Source: a bacterium (GTDB lineage Bacteria; RBG-13-61-14; DATKZS01). Taken from it: a stretch of 64,000 nucleotides of DNA. Shown here piece after piece: positions 37,530 through 48,736 of the stretch. The first letter of the stretch is position 1, and each line of letters begins with the position of its first letter. The translations under genes were made by a program, and so were the position numbers. Under the pieces are notes generated by a model. That model did no database searches, had not been told where the DNA came from, and worked only from the letters and a program-made list of their open reading frames with translations. Location: assembly GCA_963674965.2 (NCBI GenBank), contig CAXXFL010000001.1:768001-832000 (forward strand). Reading direction: 5' to 3'.

Positions 37530-38402
37530 ATGAGAAGACCTGGAACAAAACGCCATATCAAGCCGATTTTAGTTTATATCGCGGCGCTTTCTTTATTTTT
37601 TCCCGCTTTCGCCTCGTCGCGTTGGGTGGAGATGGTGGGTCACGGATGCCGCGTCATGGTAAGCGACAACTGGAGCGTCGACCGCCACGAGGCGGATAAG
37701 GACATTATCTATGAATTCGCCTCGCCGGATGGCCGGTCCATAGCGCGGCTCCGGTCCTTTCCCGTGAGCGAATCGGTTGACCTCGCGACCCTGGTGGCGA
37801 CTTTCGAGTACCATTTCTTACGGTCATGCCAAAGAAAGTCGCTCGCCGACCACGAGATTAACGGTACGAAAGGAAAGCTGGCCAAGTACGAGGGAGATTA
37901 CAACGGCGAGCAAATAGCCGCACGGGTGTTTTACGTCCTCCGGGGAGGGAGAGCGTATATTTTGTGGAGCAAGGTACCTCTCGAACTGGGCGACTATGAC
38001 CAACTCGAGGCCAATAAAATTATTGAAAGCTTCACGCTCGAGCAAAAAACCATCTCTTCCTCGGGCGTAGTCGTCACCAGCCTGCTGACCGGGGAAGGCG
38101 CCGTGGGCGAGGCCGGGGTGCGCGACGTTAAGTATTCCTTCTCTCACGAGGTCTCATCTATCCTGGCGTCATTTTCCTGGACGGGCGACGCCTCGGGAGG
38201 TGGTTTTACGGTCAAATGGTCAGGGCCCGCGGGGGGCAAAGTGGAAAAGCAAGAGAAGCTGAAGGTAGCTCGGGGACCGGAGGGGGGAAGAATAAGGGTG
38301 GAGTTTCCCGCTCCGAGCGAGGGTTTCAAGCCCGGCAATTATAAGGTCGAGGTCTGGCAAAAGGACATGAGGCTTAAGGCGGTCAATTTTTCTATCGAGT
38401 GA
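37530..38402 (+). CDS. Secreted hypothetical protein (PsbP-like plus Ig-like domains)
   Basis: Signal peptide; INGTKG..YVLRGGRAY; C-terminal PGNYKVEVW..NFSIE. Confidence 0.65.
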   Translation: MRRPGTKRHIKPILVYIAALSLFFPAFASSRWVEMVGHGCRVMVSDNWSVDRHEADKDIIYEFASPDGRSIARLRSFPVSESVDLATLVATFEYHFLRSCQRKSLADHEINGTKGKLAKYEGDYNGEQIAARVFYVLRGGRAYILWSKVPLELGDYDQLEANKIIESFTLEQKTISSSGVVVTSLLTGEGAVGEAGVRDVKYSFSHEVSSILASFSWTGDASGGGFTVKWSGPAGGKVEKQEKLKVARGPEGGRIRVEFPAPSEGFKPGNYKVEVWQKDMRLKAVNFSIE

Positions 38403-41400
38403 CTCCTTCATCAGCCACCACCCCCTCGATGGCCTCGGCCAGCTCGGAGGTCAAGAAGGGTTTTACGATGGCGGCCTTGAAGCCATAGTCCTTATGGTTG
38501 GCGATAACCGGGTCGTTCGAGTACCCGCTGGCCACCATGACCCTGGCCTTCGGGTCTATGGACAGTACCGCCTTGACGGCCTCCTTGCCTCCCATGCCTC
38601 CCGGTATGGTCAGGTCCATAATCACAACCTTATAAGGATCGCCTTTTGAAAACGCGCTTTGATATTTCCGCGCGGCCTCTTCGCCGTCCGCGGCCGTATC
38701 CACCTCCATGCCCAGGGACCTCAGCATTTCCGCCGCGGTTATCCTGACCATTTCCTCGTCATCCATGATCAGCGCCTTGCCGCCGATCCTGGACGCTGGC
38801 TTCCCGGCCTTGTCAGTTCGGGTCGGACCGGCCTCCGAGGCCTGAAGGAAAACGCAAAAGGTCGAGCCTTCCCCTAACTTGGAAGTCACGGTAATGGCTC
38901 CGCCGTGTTTCTTGACGATCGAGTAAGTCACCGCCAGTCCCAAACCGCTTCCTTTTTGCTTGGTTGTGAAATAGGGATCGAAAACGCGGGGAAGGCATTT
39001 CTGGCTTATACCTATTCCCTCGTCCTCGAAGCCTAGTTTCAGGTAGCGTCCTTCTGGCAGGGCCTCGGGCGAGCCCGGCCCGACGCTCAGGTTCTCCGCG
39101 GTTATTTTCAGGGTACCGCCCGCGGGCATGGCCTGGTCCGCGTTGATGACCAGGTTTTGTACCACCTGGCTTATCTGGCCCTCGTCCACCTCCGCCGGCC
39201 ACAGGCCGTCGCTGAAATCGAAAAGGGGCTTCACGTTGGACCCGCGCAGGGCGAACTCCGTCGAGTTCCTTATGATTTCCCCGATGGACACGGATTTCTT
39301 TACCGGCGCTCCCCCGCGGGAGAAGGTCAGAAGCTGTTGGGTCAGGTCCCTGGACCGGGCGCAGGCGCTTTCGGCCATTTCCAGAAATTTTTCCCTCTTG
39401 TCCTTTTCCTCCTCCATCCTGGCCAGGGTCACGTTTCCCAGGATTACGGTGATCAGATTGTTGAAATCATGGGCGATCCCCCCAGCCAGCACGCCCACCG
39501 ACTCGAGCTTGTGGGCCTTTCTCAGTTCCTCTTCAATCATGCGGGCGTGGGTCACGTCCTTGACGAAGGACCCTATCTTCTCGACGCCGCCCTCCTCGTC
39601 CTGGATAAGCCATCCTAATACGTGAACGGGGAAAACCGTCCCGTCCTTTTTAATGTACTCCTTCTCGATTCCTATGCCGCCTCGTCCGTCCAATATCCTC
39701 TTGACCGCTCTTTCGTCATCCTCGCTCCACTTATCAGGAGTAATGTCGCGATACGTCTTTTCCCTTATTTCCTCGGCCGTGTACCCGAGCATTTCCCGGA
39801 AGGCTTTGTTGGCCTCGAGCAGGCGTCCGTCCGGCGCGCAAATAACTATTCCATCCGGCGAGGTCTCGAAGATGCTCTGATAGTTCCTTTCCGACACCCG
39901 CGCCATTTCCAGTGCCCGTTTTCTGTCGGTAACGTCGATGGCTAGACCGAGGGCCCCGATCACTTCTCCCCGCTCGTCGCAAAGGGGGGCAACGTGGCCG
40001 TCAAACCAGTTTCCGTCCCTTTCATGCTCGAAGCTGACGCTCTTCTTTTGAAAGGCCTCATACTGGACGGCGATGGGATAAAATTTTTCGTCGCTTGTAT
40101 TGAAGTACTCGAACAGCGTCGTTCCCAGTACTCGGCTCGGGTCCACTCCCAATTTGTCAAGGGACGAGCCCATCAGGCAGGTGAACCGGCAATCGAGGTC
40201 CACGGTCCAGAAAAGTCCCGGTATCTGGCCGATGGCAAAGTCGAACCTTTGCTCGCTTTTTCGAAGTTCCTCCTCGGCCAGCTTGGTTTCCGTTATGTCC
40301 GTGGCGATGGCCCAGCTCTCGATGACTTCCCCCTTCTCGTTGAAAACGGGACGCACGTAAAGTCTCGTCCAGAGGGAAGAGCCGTCGGACTTTATCATCT
40401 CGAGCTCCTCTCCATGCACTTCCCGCCCGGAGACGAAAGTCTCGATGACCCTTTGCACCTTGGGCTTGCCGTCTGGCGTGTCCGGATAAAGGTCGATGGC
40501 ATTGGAGCCGATGAGTTCCTCGAGCGTCATGTTGAGCTGATCCGCGGCCTTGCGGTTGGCGTTCCTGACGATGCCCCCCGCGTCCACCGTCACGTAGGCG
40601 TTGGGCGCCTCCTCATAAAGCTCCCGGTATTTCCGCTCGCTCTCCTTTAACGCTTCCTCCGCCTTTTTCTGCTCGCTTATATCGATGACCGAGATTAGGT
40701 CGGCGAACCGGCCCATAAGCGTAACCGGCTTGGAAAAGGAATCCAGCCATTTGATCCTCCCAGACCTGGACACGATCTTATATGAGTAATGTGGAACGGC
40801 GTCCTTGTCTCCCGCCTGTTTCTTTCTGGCCTGATCGAGCACGAACTCCTTGTGGTCCGGATGAACGACCTTGATGAATTCCTCGGCCCTCCAGGCCTGC
40901 ATTTCCTCGACGGTATACTCGGTGATCTCGGCCAATGACTGGTTGGCGTATTTGACCAGGCCGTCCTGCAGGATGATAAGGCCCATCATGGACCGTTCCG
41001 AAAGGGCCTTGAAGTTTTCCACCATTTCCTCCAAGGCTCGCTTCTGGAAGATATTATCCGTGACCTCGCGGTTGAAGATGAGAACGGACTCGACCAAGCC
41101 ATCGGCCCCGAACTCCGGGACCATCCTGGCCTCGTAATATCTCGTCTCTCCGGCCCCGTATTCCTCGGTCTCGGAGGCGGAGGGGGCCTGGAAATCGAGC
41201 ACCGGACTGGGCTTGCCCGTCCGGAAAACCTCGTCTATCCATCTGCCTTGAAGCTCGGCCACGGCCGCGGGCATTCCCGCTTCTTCGAGGGTCTTGCCCA
41301 GATAGTACTCCGGGGGGAAACCTCCCCTGGTCCGAACGCTGGGGCTGATATAAATATGGCGTTTTTCTTTATCGAAGCGGGCGATTATATCCTGGGTATT

Positions 41401-41523
41401 CTCGACGATGGAAAAAAGATTTGAGGCGGACCCGCCAAGGACCCGCTCCAACTCCTTTTCCAACTGGGCCACTCTTCTTTGAAGCTCGAGGATTTTATCC
41501 GCGCCCGATCTTTGGTCTTCCAT
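38392..41523 (-). CDS. Cytoplasmic multi-PAS hybrid sensor histidine kinase
   Basis: About 5 PAS/PAC repeats; H-box AGGIAHDFNNL; N, G1, F, G2 boxes; C-terminal REC (IMDD, IMDL, KP). Confidence 0.96.
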   Translation of the reverse strand: MEDQRSGADKILELQRRVAQLEKELERVLGGSASNLFSIVENTQDIIARFDKEKRHIYISPSVRTRGGFPPEYYLGKTLEEAGMPAAVAELQGRWIDEVFRTGKPSPVLDFQAPSASETEEYGAGETRYYEARMVPEFGADGLVESVLIFNREVTDNIFQKRALEEMVENFKALSERSMMGLIILQDGLVKYANQSLAEITEYTVEEMQAWRAEEFIKVVHPDHKEFVLDQARKKQAGDKDAVPHYSYKIVSRSGRIKWLDSFSKPVTLMGRFADLISVIDISEQKKAEEALKESERKYRELYEEAPNAYVTVDAGGIVRNANRKAADQLNMTLEELIGSNAIDLYPDTPDGKPKVQRVIETFVSGREVHGEELEMIKSDGSSLWTRLYVRPVFNEKGEVIESWAIATDITETKLAEEELRKSEQRFDFAIGQIPGLFWTVDLDCRFTCLMGSSLDKLGVDPSRVLGTTLFEYFNTSDEKFYPIAVQYEAFQKKSVSFEHERDGNWFDGHVAPLCDERGEVIGALGLAIDVTDRKRALEMARVSERNYQSIFETSPDGIVICAPDGRLLEANKAFREMLGYTAEEIREKTYRDITPDKWSEDDERAVKRILDGRGGIGIEKEYIKKDGTVFPVHVLGWLIQDEEGGVEKIGSFVKDVTHARMIEEELRKAHKLESVGVLAGGIAHDFNNLITVILGNVTLARMEEEKDKREKFLEMAESACARSRDLTQQLLTFSRGGAPVKKSVSIGEIIRNSTEFALRGSNVKPLFDFSDGLWPAEVDEGQISQVVQNLVINADQAMPAGGTLKITAENLSVGPGSPEALPEGRYLKLGFEDEGIGISQKCLPRVFDPYFTTKQKGSGLGLAVTYSIVKKHGGAITVTSKLGEGSTFCVFLQASEAGPTRTDKAGKPASRIGGKALIMDDEEMVRITAAEMLRSLGMEVDTAADGEEAARKYQSAFSKGDPYKVVIMDLTIPGGMGGKEAVKAVLSIDPKARVMVASGYSNDPVIANHKDYGFKAAIVKPFLTSELAEAIEGVVADEGVTR

Positions 41524-41605
41524 ATTTAGCCCCCGCTCAGGTTGCGATTACTTTAACAGTAAATAAAAATTGGTATATAGCAAGATCGTGAAATTTATTG
41601 AAAAG

Positions 41606-42106
41606 CTAATCATCCCTCTTTGAAGAGCCGGTATAAAGGTCTCCCAGAATGTCCCGAAGCTGAATCTCCACCCGGTCGCGGTGGGTTGCCTTCCAGTAAA
41701 CTTTATTGCATTTTCCGCATCGAGTGAAATTCTCCCGCGTGGCGAACACGAACGGCGGGACCTGGTCTTTAACTTTTTCTTTTTCCTCCGGGCAAACCTC
41801 GCCGTTGCATGAAACGCAGCGGGAAAAAACGTCGATTTCAATCCGGTCCTGAAACATATCCACCACCTCGCGAAGCTGAAGGGCGGGATAATTTTCCCTA
41901 AGGCGGATTACCTTTACGCAGCCGGCCTTTTCCTCGAGCCTCGAGTCGCGAGTCAGGATAATGCCTCCTTCCTCCCCGGCCCGCCCGATCAGGACCTCGT
42001 CGTCTATGGACCCGTAATATTCCGCGAAAAGCCCGATAATACGGAGCCAGCGGGCAAGCTTGCCCAATTGCTCGTCGCAGATGAATTTTAGCGGCGCTTC
42101 TTTCAC
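41606..42106 (-). CDS. Mut7-C RNase (PIN + Zn ribbon) domain protein
   Basis: ICDEQLGKLARWLR, ILTRD, SRCVSCN..CGKCNKVYW..TH. Confidence 0.9.
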   Translation of the reverse strand: MKEAPLKFICDEQLGKLARWLRIIGLFAEYYGSIDDEVLIGRAGEEGGIILTRDSRLEEKAGCVKVIRLRENYPALQLREVVDMFQDRIEIDVFSRCVSCNGEVCPEEKEKVKDQVPPFVFATRENFTRCGKCNKVYWKATHRDRVEIQLRDILGDLYTGSSKRDD

Positions 42107-42131
42107 TATCTTCTCCGTATGCTTTCCCGCC

Positions 42132-43895
42132 TTATTCGGTCAGTATTCTCATGCCGCCGGGTCTGGGGTCCTTATGAGTCTTCCTTTTCTCCAGCCTTTC
42201 GGAGAGCGCGTCCAGTTCGCCGGGTATGTCTTCCGCGCCGGGTAAAAGTCGGGCCCGGTTAATTTCATTTTCAATCAGCGCAATATCGGCCCCTGAATGG
42301 AAAAGCAGCCAGGCGTAATCCAGGGTCGAGCCGGCGTCGCCTTTGGCGTTGGCTTTTTCTCGCGCAACTCGCCGTCCCTCTTCAATAAAGGCCCTGGCCT
42401 TCTCGGGCTTCTTGGCCAGCAAGTATTGTCTAACAACGTTATTATAATCGATTATCCTGATCTTTTCCCCGGAAGCCCAAAAGGACGCGGCGCTTATTGA
42501 AATAATAAAAAACACAATAATACAGGCATATACGCGCCTTCCTTCTTTGGCCGCCCTGACCGTTTCGATTAAACCGGCTCCAGCGAATATACAAAGACAC
42601 GGCACGAGCGGAAGCCGGAACCGGCCCAGAACGTAAAAAGCTATCGTGGCCGCCGAATAAGAGAAAAGATAATAATATAGAATAGACCATCTTTTTACGT
42701 TCCTTCTCATCAGCCAGGCCCCGGCCAGAGCGGGACCGATTAATATGGGCCATGAAACGGGCGCGAACTGGAAAAAAGGAACCAGCTTCTTTTCAACGTG
42801 ATAATTCAGGTTGTTGGGCGCCTCGTTGCCGGCGAAAAAAGCGGCCGTCTTATAAAGCTGTTTTTTGACGAAGCCTGAAGGATCGTCCCTATAAAGGCTC
42901 ATGATTTCCAAGGCCGCTTTCCCCAGTTTTCGGTCGCTTTTCAAAAGGAGATCGAACACCATTGAATCGGGGGCCCAGGCGTCAGGGGGAGAATCAGGCG
43001 CGTTTCCGGCGATGAACTCGAGGGCGCCCCGCCTGGTCATGGAAAAAAGCGGGGCCTCGGCCTTATGGTTCCTGTATGCGAGAGGACCAAAGACCATGAC
43101 AAGTCCCAGGGCCATGCCCAAGGCGGACCGCGAGCGGCTTGAGAATATGCTTTTCTTCAGGGCGGGTGAATCGGACTCGCCAACTTCCTTTTCGCTTTCC
43201 ATATGTTCGCTATCGAGTTCGTTTTCGTTTTCATCCATTTCAGGGCGCCGGGCGAATACAATCCAAACCAGGGCCGGGAGCATCACCGCCGCGTTGGGCT
43301 TGGCCAGGAGGGCCAGCCCGAAGAGAAGGCCGCTAAAAAATCCGCGCCGCGCTCCGGGTTTTCTCCAGGCCTCGTAAAGCGAGAATATAAGCGCCAAATT
43401 GAGAAAGGTTATCAGCCCGGTCCGGAGGAAATGTCCCTCGAAAAATATCAGCGGACCGTAAAAGGCAAGCATCAGTCCGGAAACGACGCCGGCGCCAAGG
43501 CCGTGAATTCTTCTCGCCAGCTCGAAAGTCATAAGGCAGGTAAGCGCGCCCAGGACAAGCTGAACGGCCCGGGCGAAATAAAGCCCGGGTCCGCCGGAAA
43601 TGGAAAACAGGAAACCGAGGAAATAAGGGTAGAGCGGGGATTGATAGAACGTCCCCTTCCCGACGAGGTCGCCGCCCGCTATGTCCTGGGCCCAGAAAAA
43701 ATAAGCGTAACAATCGGAGCCCTTCATCAGCCGGGCGTCGAAATATGGGCCGTCTCCTATCCACGCCAGATACGAAAGCCTCAAGGACAACGAACAGGCA
43801 AAGACCAGCGCCGCGCCCATCCAGGGACGAAAACGGCCCGGCCCGGTCCCGCTCGCGCCGGTATCTTTATCGTCGGAAATATTCGTCAATATCAA
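42132..43895 (-). CDS. GT-C fold (ArnT/PMT, GT39/83-like) membrane glycosyltransferase
   Basis: D..AY..WA, YQSPLYPYFLG, LAKPN, RFRLP; many TM segments. Start uncertain (TTG 43895 after GAGG); the ORF-track start at 44075 looks over-extended. Confidence 0.85.
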   Translation of the reverse strand: MILTNISDDKDTGASGTGPGRFRPWMGAALVFACSLSLRLSYLAWIGDGPYFDARLMKGSDCYAYFFWAQDIAGGDLVGKGTFYQSPLYPYFLGFLFSISGGPGLYFARAVQLVLGALTCLMTFELARRIHGLGAGVVSGLMLAFYGPLIFFEGHFLRTGLITFLNLALIFSLYEAWRKPGARRGFFSGLLFGLALLAKPNAAVMLPALVWIVFARRPEMDENENELDSEHMESEKEVGESDSPALKKSIFSSRSRSALGMALGLVMVFGPLAYRNHKAEAPLFSMTRRGALEFIAGNAPDSPPDAWAPDSMVFDLLLKSDRKLGKAALEIMSLYRDDPSGFVKKQLYKTAAFFAGNEAPNNLNYHVEKKLVPFFQFAPVSWPILIGPALAGAWLMRRNVKRWSILYYYLFSYSAATIAFYVLGRFRLPLVPCLCIFAGAGLIETVRAAKEGRRVYACIIVFFIISISAASFWASGEKIRIIDYNNVVRQYLLAKKPEKARAFIEEGRRVAREKANAKGDAGSTLDYAWLLFHSGADIALIENEINRARLLPGAEDIPGELDALSERLEKRKTHKDPRPGGMRILTE

Positions 43896-44141
43896 AATGC
43901 CTCGCCGATTAAATCGTCGGCGTCCGTTTAGTGCCGGATGACAAGCGAAAATATAGCATGTGAAGGAATGATAGGAAAACTCCGTCAAAGGCCATAACCA
44001 GTATCGACAAAAGCATACATAATCAGCGACGTCTATCTGCGCTTTCGAGAAAACTCGCCCCGGCCCTTCCCCCACGTGAAAGTTTCATGCTACAATTCGG
44101 CGCTATAAGTCGGGACGGAAAAAGCGTCCGGGAGGATCGTT

Positions 44142-46301
44142 ATGGAGAAAACCGTTCATACCTATTGCAGGGTTTGCGAGCCCAACTGCGGAATCATCGC
44201 CACGGTAAAAGACGGAAGGCTGGTCAAGGTGCAGGGAGACCCGGCTCATCCCGTGAGCAAGGGATACATTTGCCGGAGGGGCAGGGCCACCCTGGACGTG
44301 CACCTGGACCCGGACAGGCTCGACTATCCTCTCAGGAAAAAGGGAGAGGAATGGAAGCGCGCCGATTATAACGAGGCCGTAAAAGACATAGGGGCCAGGA
44401 TTCGAGCCATCCGGAAAAAGCACGGCGACAACGCGGTGGCCCTTTATTTCGGAAACCCCGTGGCTTTCGATTTTTCCTTTGGGCTCTATCTTCCCATCGC
44501 CATGATGAGCATGCGGTCGAGGAACTTTTACAGCTCGGGCAGCCAGGACTGCAACAACAAGTTCGTGGGGGCCAGGGCCGTTTTCGGCTCGCCCGTTCTT
44601 CATCCCGTTCCTGACGTTGAAAATATCGACTTCCTGATTCTGATGGGATCGAACCCGGCGGTGAGCCAGTCGAGCTTTATCTCCCTGGCCAGGCCGATCG
44701 AGCGGCTGAGGAATATCGAAAAAAGAGGCGGAAGAGTCATCGTCGTCGATCCTCGCTACACCGAGACGGCGAAAATGGTGGGCGAGCACGTGCCCATCCG
44801 TCCCGACTCGGACGCCTTTCTTCTCATGGCCATGTTAAACGTCATTATCGGCGAGGGGCTTTTCGACAGGGACAAGGTGAAAAGGACCTGCCGGGGCCTG
44901 GACGAGTTGGAGCGGTTCACCGGGAAATGGACCCCCGCGTCGGCCGAGAAGATAACGGGCATACCGGCGGACAAGATAGCCGGCCTGGCCCGCGACTTCG
45001 CCGCGGCCAAGAACGCCGGTATCCACGCCAGCCTGGGCCTTAACCTCGGCTCTTTTGGAACGCTATGCTACTGGCTCGTGCAGTGCCTTAACGCGGTGAC
45101 GGGAAGATTGGACCAGCGCGGGTCCATGGTATTTCCGGAGGGCCTGATCGATTTCGCGTCCCTTTATTCCAGGACACCCAAGCGGGTCAGCGTGGGCAAA
45201 AACTCCCGGGTGGGAGGATACCCCTCGGTCCTGGGAACGTGGCCCGCGGGAGTGATGGCGGACGAGATGCTTACGCCCGGCCCGGGACAAGTCAAGGCCC
45301 TTATTGTCGTGGCCGGAAACCCCATGCTCACCGTGCAGGACCCGCGAAAGCTCGAGAAAGCCATGAAAGGTCTCGAGCTTACTGTCAGCCTCGATTTGTA
45401 TCGAAACGAGACGGCGGAGCTTTGCGAATACGTTTTTCCCTGCACGGACATGTACGAGAGATGGGACTTCGGCATGATCGCCCTTAACTTCAACCCCTTG
45501 AGGCATATCAACTATACGGAGGCCGCGGTCAAACCCAAGGCCGAAAGGCGGGACACGTGGCGGATCATGCACGATATCATCCGGGCCTCGGGTTACGACT
45601 TCGGCGGCAACAAGGCGCTTTCCATAACTGCCGGCCTGCTTGACGGCGCGGCCAAGGCCCTGGGGCGGCCCGGGCCCTGGAGCTTTTCACCCCATCTCAT
45701 GATGCGCGCCCAGCTTTTGGCGGGCAAACGCTCTTGGCAGAGCTTGAAGGACGGCCCGCAGGGACTCCTTCTCGGCGAGCACCTGGTAGGCCGTTTCTTT
45801 AGCGGTAGGATAAGGACCCCGGACGGCAAGGCCAACCTTGCTCCCGAGCCTTTTATCGGCTCGGCGTCTGAGCTGGATGAATTTTACAGGCGGGAAAAAG
45901 ACGCCGCCGGTTTTCAGTTAATCGGCCTTAGACAACGGATAACACATAACTCCTGGTTTCATAACGCCGAATCGCTGGTCAAGGACGTCCTGACCAACAA
46001 GGCGATCTTAAACCCGGAAGACGCTGACGCGCTGAAGATTAATGATGGAGATATAGTCAGGGTAAGCACGGATTTCGGATCGATCGAGCTGCCCGCTACA
46101 GTTAGTGAAGAAGTCCCGCCGGGAGTCGTAGCCGTGCCCCACGGGTGGGGACACGGAATTAAAAGCGGTCTTTCCGCGGCGAAAAAGCGCCCGGGAGTAA
46201 ACGTCAACCTGCTCTTGCCTTCCGGCCCCGGGACCATGGAAAAACTCGCCGGCATGGCCAAAATGACCGGCGTTCGGGTGAAGATCGAGAAGGCCTCCTG
46301 A
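44142..46301 (+). CDS. Molybdopterin (bis-MGD) oxidoreductase with N-terminal [4Fe-4S], uncharacterised subfamily
   Basis: CRVCEPNC..GYIC; GSNPAVS; VVDPRYTETA; PDSDA; C-terminal HNSWFHN..LNPEDA..VPHGWGH; no Tat signal. Confidence 0.93.
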   Translation: MEKTVHTYCRVCEPNCGIIATVKDGRLVKVQGDPAHPVSKGYICRRGRATLDVHLDPDRLDYPLRKKGEEWKRADYNEAVKDIGARIRAIRKKHGDNAVALYFGNPVAFDFSFGLYLPIAMMSMRSRNFYSSGSQDCNNKFVGARAVFGSPVLHPVPDVENIDFLILMGSNPAVSQSSFISLARPIERLRNIEKRGGRVIVVDPRYTETAKMVGEHVPIRPDSDAFLLMAMLNVIIGEGLFDRDKVKRTCRGLDELERFTGKWTPASAEKITGIPADKIAGLARDFAAAKNAGIHASLGLNLGSFGTLCYWLVQCLNAVTGRLDQRGSMVFPEGLIDFASLYSRTPKRVSVGKNSRVGGYPSVLGTWPAGVMADEMLTPGPGQVKALIVVAGNPMLTVQDPRKLEKAMKGLELTVSLDLYRNETAELCEYVFPCTDMYERWDFGMIALNFNPLRHINYTEAAVKPKAERRDTWRIMHDIIRASGYDFGGNKALSITAGLLDGAAKALGRPGPWSFSPHLMMRAQLLAGKRSWQSLKDGPQGLLLGEHLVGRFFSGRIRTPDGKANLAPEPFIGSASELDEFYRREKDAAGFQLIGLRQRITHNSWFHNAESLVKDVLTNKAILNPEDADALKINDGDIVRVSTDFGSIELPATVSEEVPPGVVAVPHGWGHGIKSGLSAAKKRPGVNVNLLLPSGPGTMEKLAGMAKMTGVRVKIEKAS

Positions 46302-46476
46302 CCTTAGCCTTACTTTCGCGGCTTTGTCTTCTCCGCCTGCCGAGGCGCTTTCTTCGCCCATGGAAATAATTCATATAAAATCATTGTGTCCGGGCTATAA
46401 AATCCAGCCTTTGAAAATAGTCTATTTTCTTTTGGAGATTTCCCTTAAGTATGATAACCTATTGAATTTAAAGAGG

Positions 46477-46560
<84 letters not shown>

Positions 46561-46641
46561 GCGCTTGGTAAGGGAACTAAATAAATAGAGTTAAAGCGCT
46601 TTATTGGCGCTTGAATAGTATAATGAGGAAGGATTCAGGCA

Positions 46642-47961
46642 ATGAAGGTTGAAGTACAAGACGTCTCGGCGTCTCAAAAGCGGATCGAGGTCCAGATACC
46701 GGCCGACCGCGTGAACGACGAGATCGAGGAACAGTTCGTGGAACTCCAGAAGAAGGCCCAGGTAAAGGGCTTTCGTCCCGGCAAGGCCCCCAGAAAGCTC
46801 GTCGAGCGGATGTTCAAAAAGTACGTTTACGCCGAGGTGGCGGAGAAGCTGATCAAGGAGAGCATGGAGCCGGCTTTCGCCCGCAAGAACATCGAGCCGT
46901 TGGTCGACCCGGTGGTCGATCCCTCCGAGCTCGAGGCTGACAAGGACTACGCTTACACCATTCACGTCGAGGTCAAGCCCGAGATCGAACTGGCCGAGTA
47001 CAAGGGCATCGACGTGGTCCATAAAGACGAGGACGTGGATGAGGAGACGGTCGAGAAGTCGCTCGAGGCCCTCCGCGAGAACGCGGCCATGCTCAAGGCG
47101 CCCGAGGAGCCAAGGCCCATCAAGAAGGGCGACGAGGTCCTGGCCGAGTTTAAGATACTCGAGGGCGACGAGACGCTCTATGAGGAGGCGGAGGAGTCTC
47201 TTCCTCTTTATCGCGAAACCTGGATACCCGGGATGACCGAAAAGCTGGAGGGAAGGTCCGAGGGCGACGAGATCGAGTACTCGGCGGCCGTGGCCGAGGA
47301 CGACGAGAAGGCGCCCTCCCAGTTCAAGGGCAAGACCTTGAAGTTCACGGTCAAGGTCAAGGGAATTATGGAAAGAATCCTGCCCGAGTTGAACGACGAC
47401 TTCGCCAAGGAGTACTCCCGCTCCGACACCCTCGAGGACTTAAAAGACGCCATACGGGAAAGGCTCATCGAGCAGGTGACCTATGAGAACAAGAACCGTC
47501 TCGAGTACTCGATCATGGAAGCGCTGGTCGGCCTCAACGACTTCGAGGTCCCGCCCACGGTGGTGAAAAGAGAGGCCGCCAGGATGGCCGAGAACTTCGT
47601 CGAGCGGGCCACCGGACGCAAGGCCGACGCCGCTGGCGTCGAGCGTTTCATCCCTCTTTTCGAGGAGGAGGCGAAAAAGGGCGTCAAGGCCAACTTCATC
47701 CTCGAGGCCATCTCGAATAAGGAGGAAATCGAGGCGAGCGACGAGGACGTCGACAACAAGCTTAAAGAGGAAGCCGAGCGTATGAACATGCATCCGGACA
47801 AGCTTCGGGACCGCTTCGAGGAGGCGGGCATGGACGTGCTGAAGGGACAGATCGTTCTCGAGAAGACCCTTGATTTTCTGGCCTCTCACGCTAACATTAA
47901 AGATGAAGCGCCCAAGGAAGACAAAAGCGAAAAAGAGGGCGGGGCGGCCGAGTCCGAATAG
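46642..47961 (+). CDS. tig: Trigger factor
   Basis: GFRPGKAP signature; synteny with clpP-clpX-lon. Confidence 0.97.
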   Translation: MKVEVQDVSASQKRIEVQIPADRVNDEIEEQFVELQKKAQVKGFRPGKAPRKLVERMFKKYVYAEVAEKLIKESMEPAFARKNIEPLVDPVVDPSELEADKDYAYTIHVEVKPEIELAEYKGIDVVHKDEDVDEETVEKSLEALRENAAMLKAPEEPRPIKKGDEVLAEFKILEGDETLYEEAEESLPLYRETWIPGMTEKLEGRSEGDEIEYSAAVAEDDEKAPSQFKGKTLKFTVKVKGIMERILPELNDDFAKEYSRSDTLEDLKDAIRERLIEQVTYENKNRLEYSIMEALVGLNDFEVPPTVVKREAARMAENFVERATGRKADAAGVERFIPLFEEEAKKGVKANFILEAISNKEEIEASDEDVDNKLKEEAERMNMHPDKLRDRFEEAGMDVLKGQIVLEKTLDFLASHANIKDEAPKEDKSEKEGGAAESE

Positions 47962-48001
47962 TGAAGACAAACATTACGCGCGGGGCGGGGGAGACAAATA
48001 A

Positions 48002-48601
48002 ATGACATTGATTCCGATAGTGGTAGAACAGACGCCAAGAGGCGAGAGGGCTTACGATATTTACTCGAGGCTGTTAAAGGACAGGATTATCTTTATCGGT
48101 ACTCCCATCAACGACGACATCGCCAACCTGGTCATCGCCCAGCTCCTTTTCCTCGAGTCGGAGGACCCCGACAGGGACATACACATGTATATCAACTCGC
48201 CCGGCGGCGTGGTCACGGCCGGCATGGCCATCTACGACACCATGCAGTACGTCAAGCCCGGCGTCAGCACTCTTTGCATGGGCCAGGCCTCGAGCATGGC
48301 CGCCCTTCTTTTGGCCGCCGGGGCCAAGGGCAAAAGATACGCCCTTCCTCACTCGAGGATAATGATCCACCAGCCCATGGGGGGTTTTCAGGGGCAGGCC
48401 TCGGAGATTGAGATACACGCCCGGGAAATCCTCAAACTGAGGGAAAAGCTGAACGAGGTCCTGGCCAGGCACACGGGGCAGAAAATCGATACCATCGCCA
48501 AGGACACGGACCGGGACAATTTCATGGACGCCAAGGAGGCCAAGGATTACGGCTTGGTCGATGAAGTCATGGTCATGAGGAAAACGGCTAAAGATAAATA
48601 A
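48002..48601 (+). CDS. clpP: ATP-dependent Clp protease proteolytic subunit
   Basis: [38 protein letters not shown]. Confidence 0.99.
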   Translation: MTLIPIVVEQTPRGERAYDIYSRLLKDRIIFIGTPINDDIANLVIAQLLFLESEDPDRDIHMYINSPGGVVTAGMAIYDTMQYVKPGVSTLCMGQASSMAALLLAAGAKGKRYALPHSRIMIHQPMGGFQGQASEIEIHAREILKLREKLNEVLARHTGQKIDTIAKDTDRDNFMDAKEAKDYGLVDEVMVMRKTAKDK

Positions 48602-48736
48602 ACGCGCCGGCGGCCCTCCGGCTTAATTTGGGGTAAAAAACGCCGATAATACTGGCGGAGCCGGAAAGGGGCCTTATAATATATATTGTAGATCGTCACC
48701 GTAACGATTATCGAGAACGGGTGAGGAGTAATCGCT

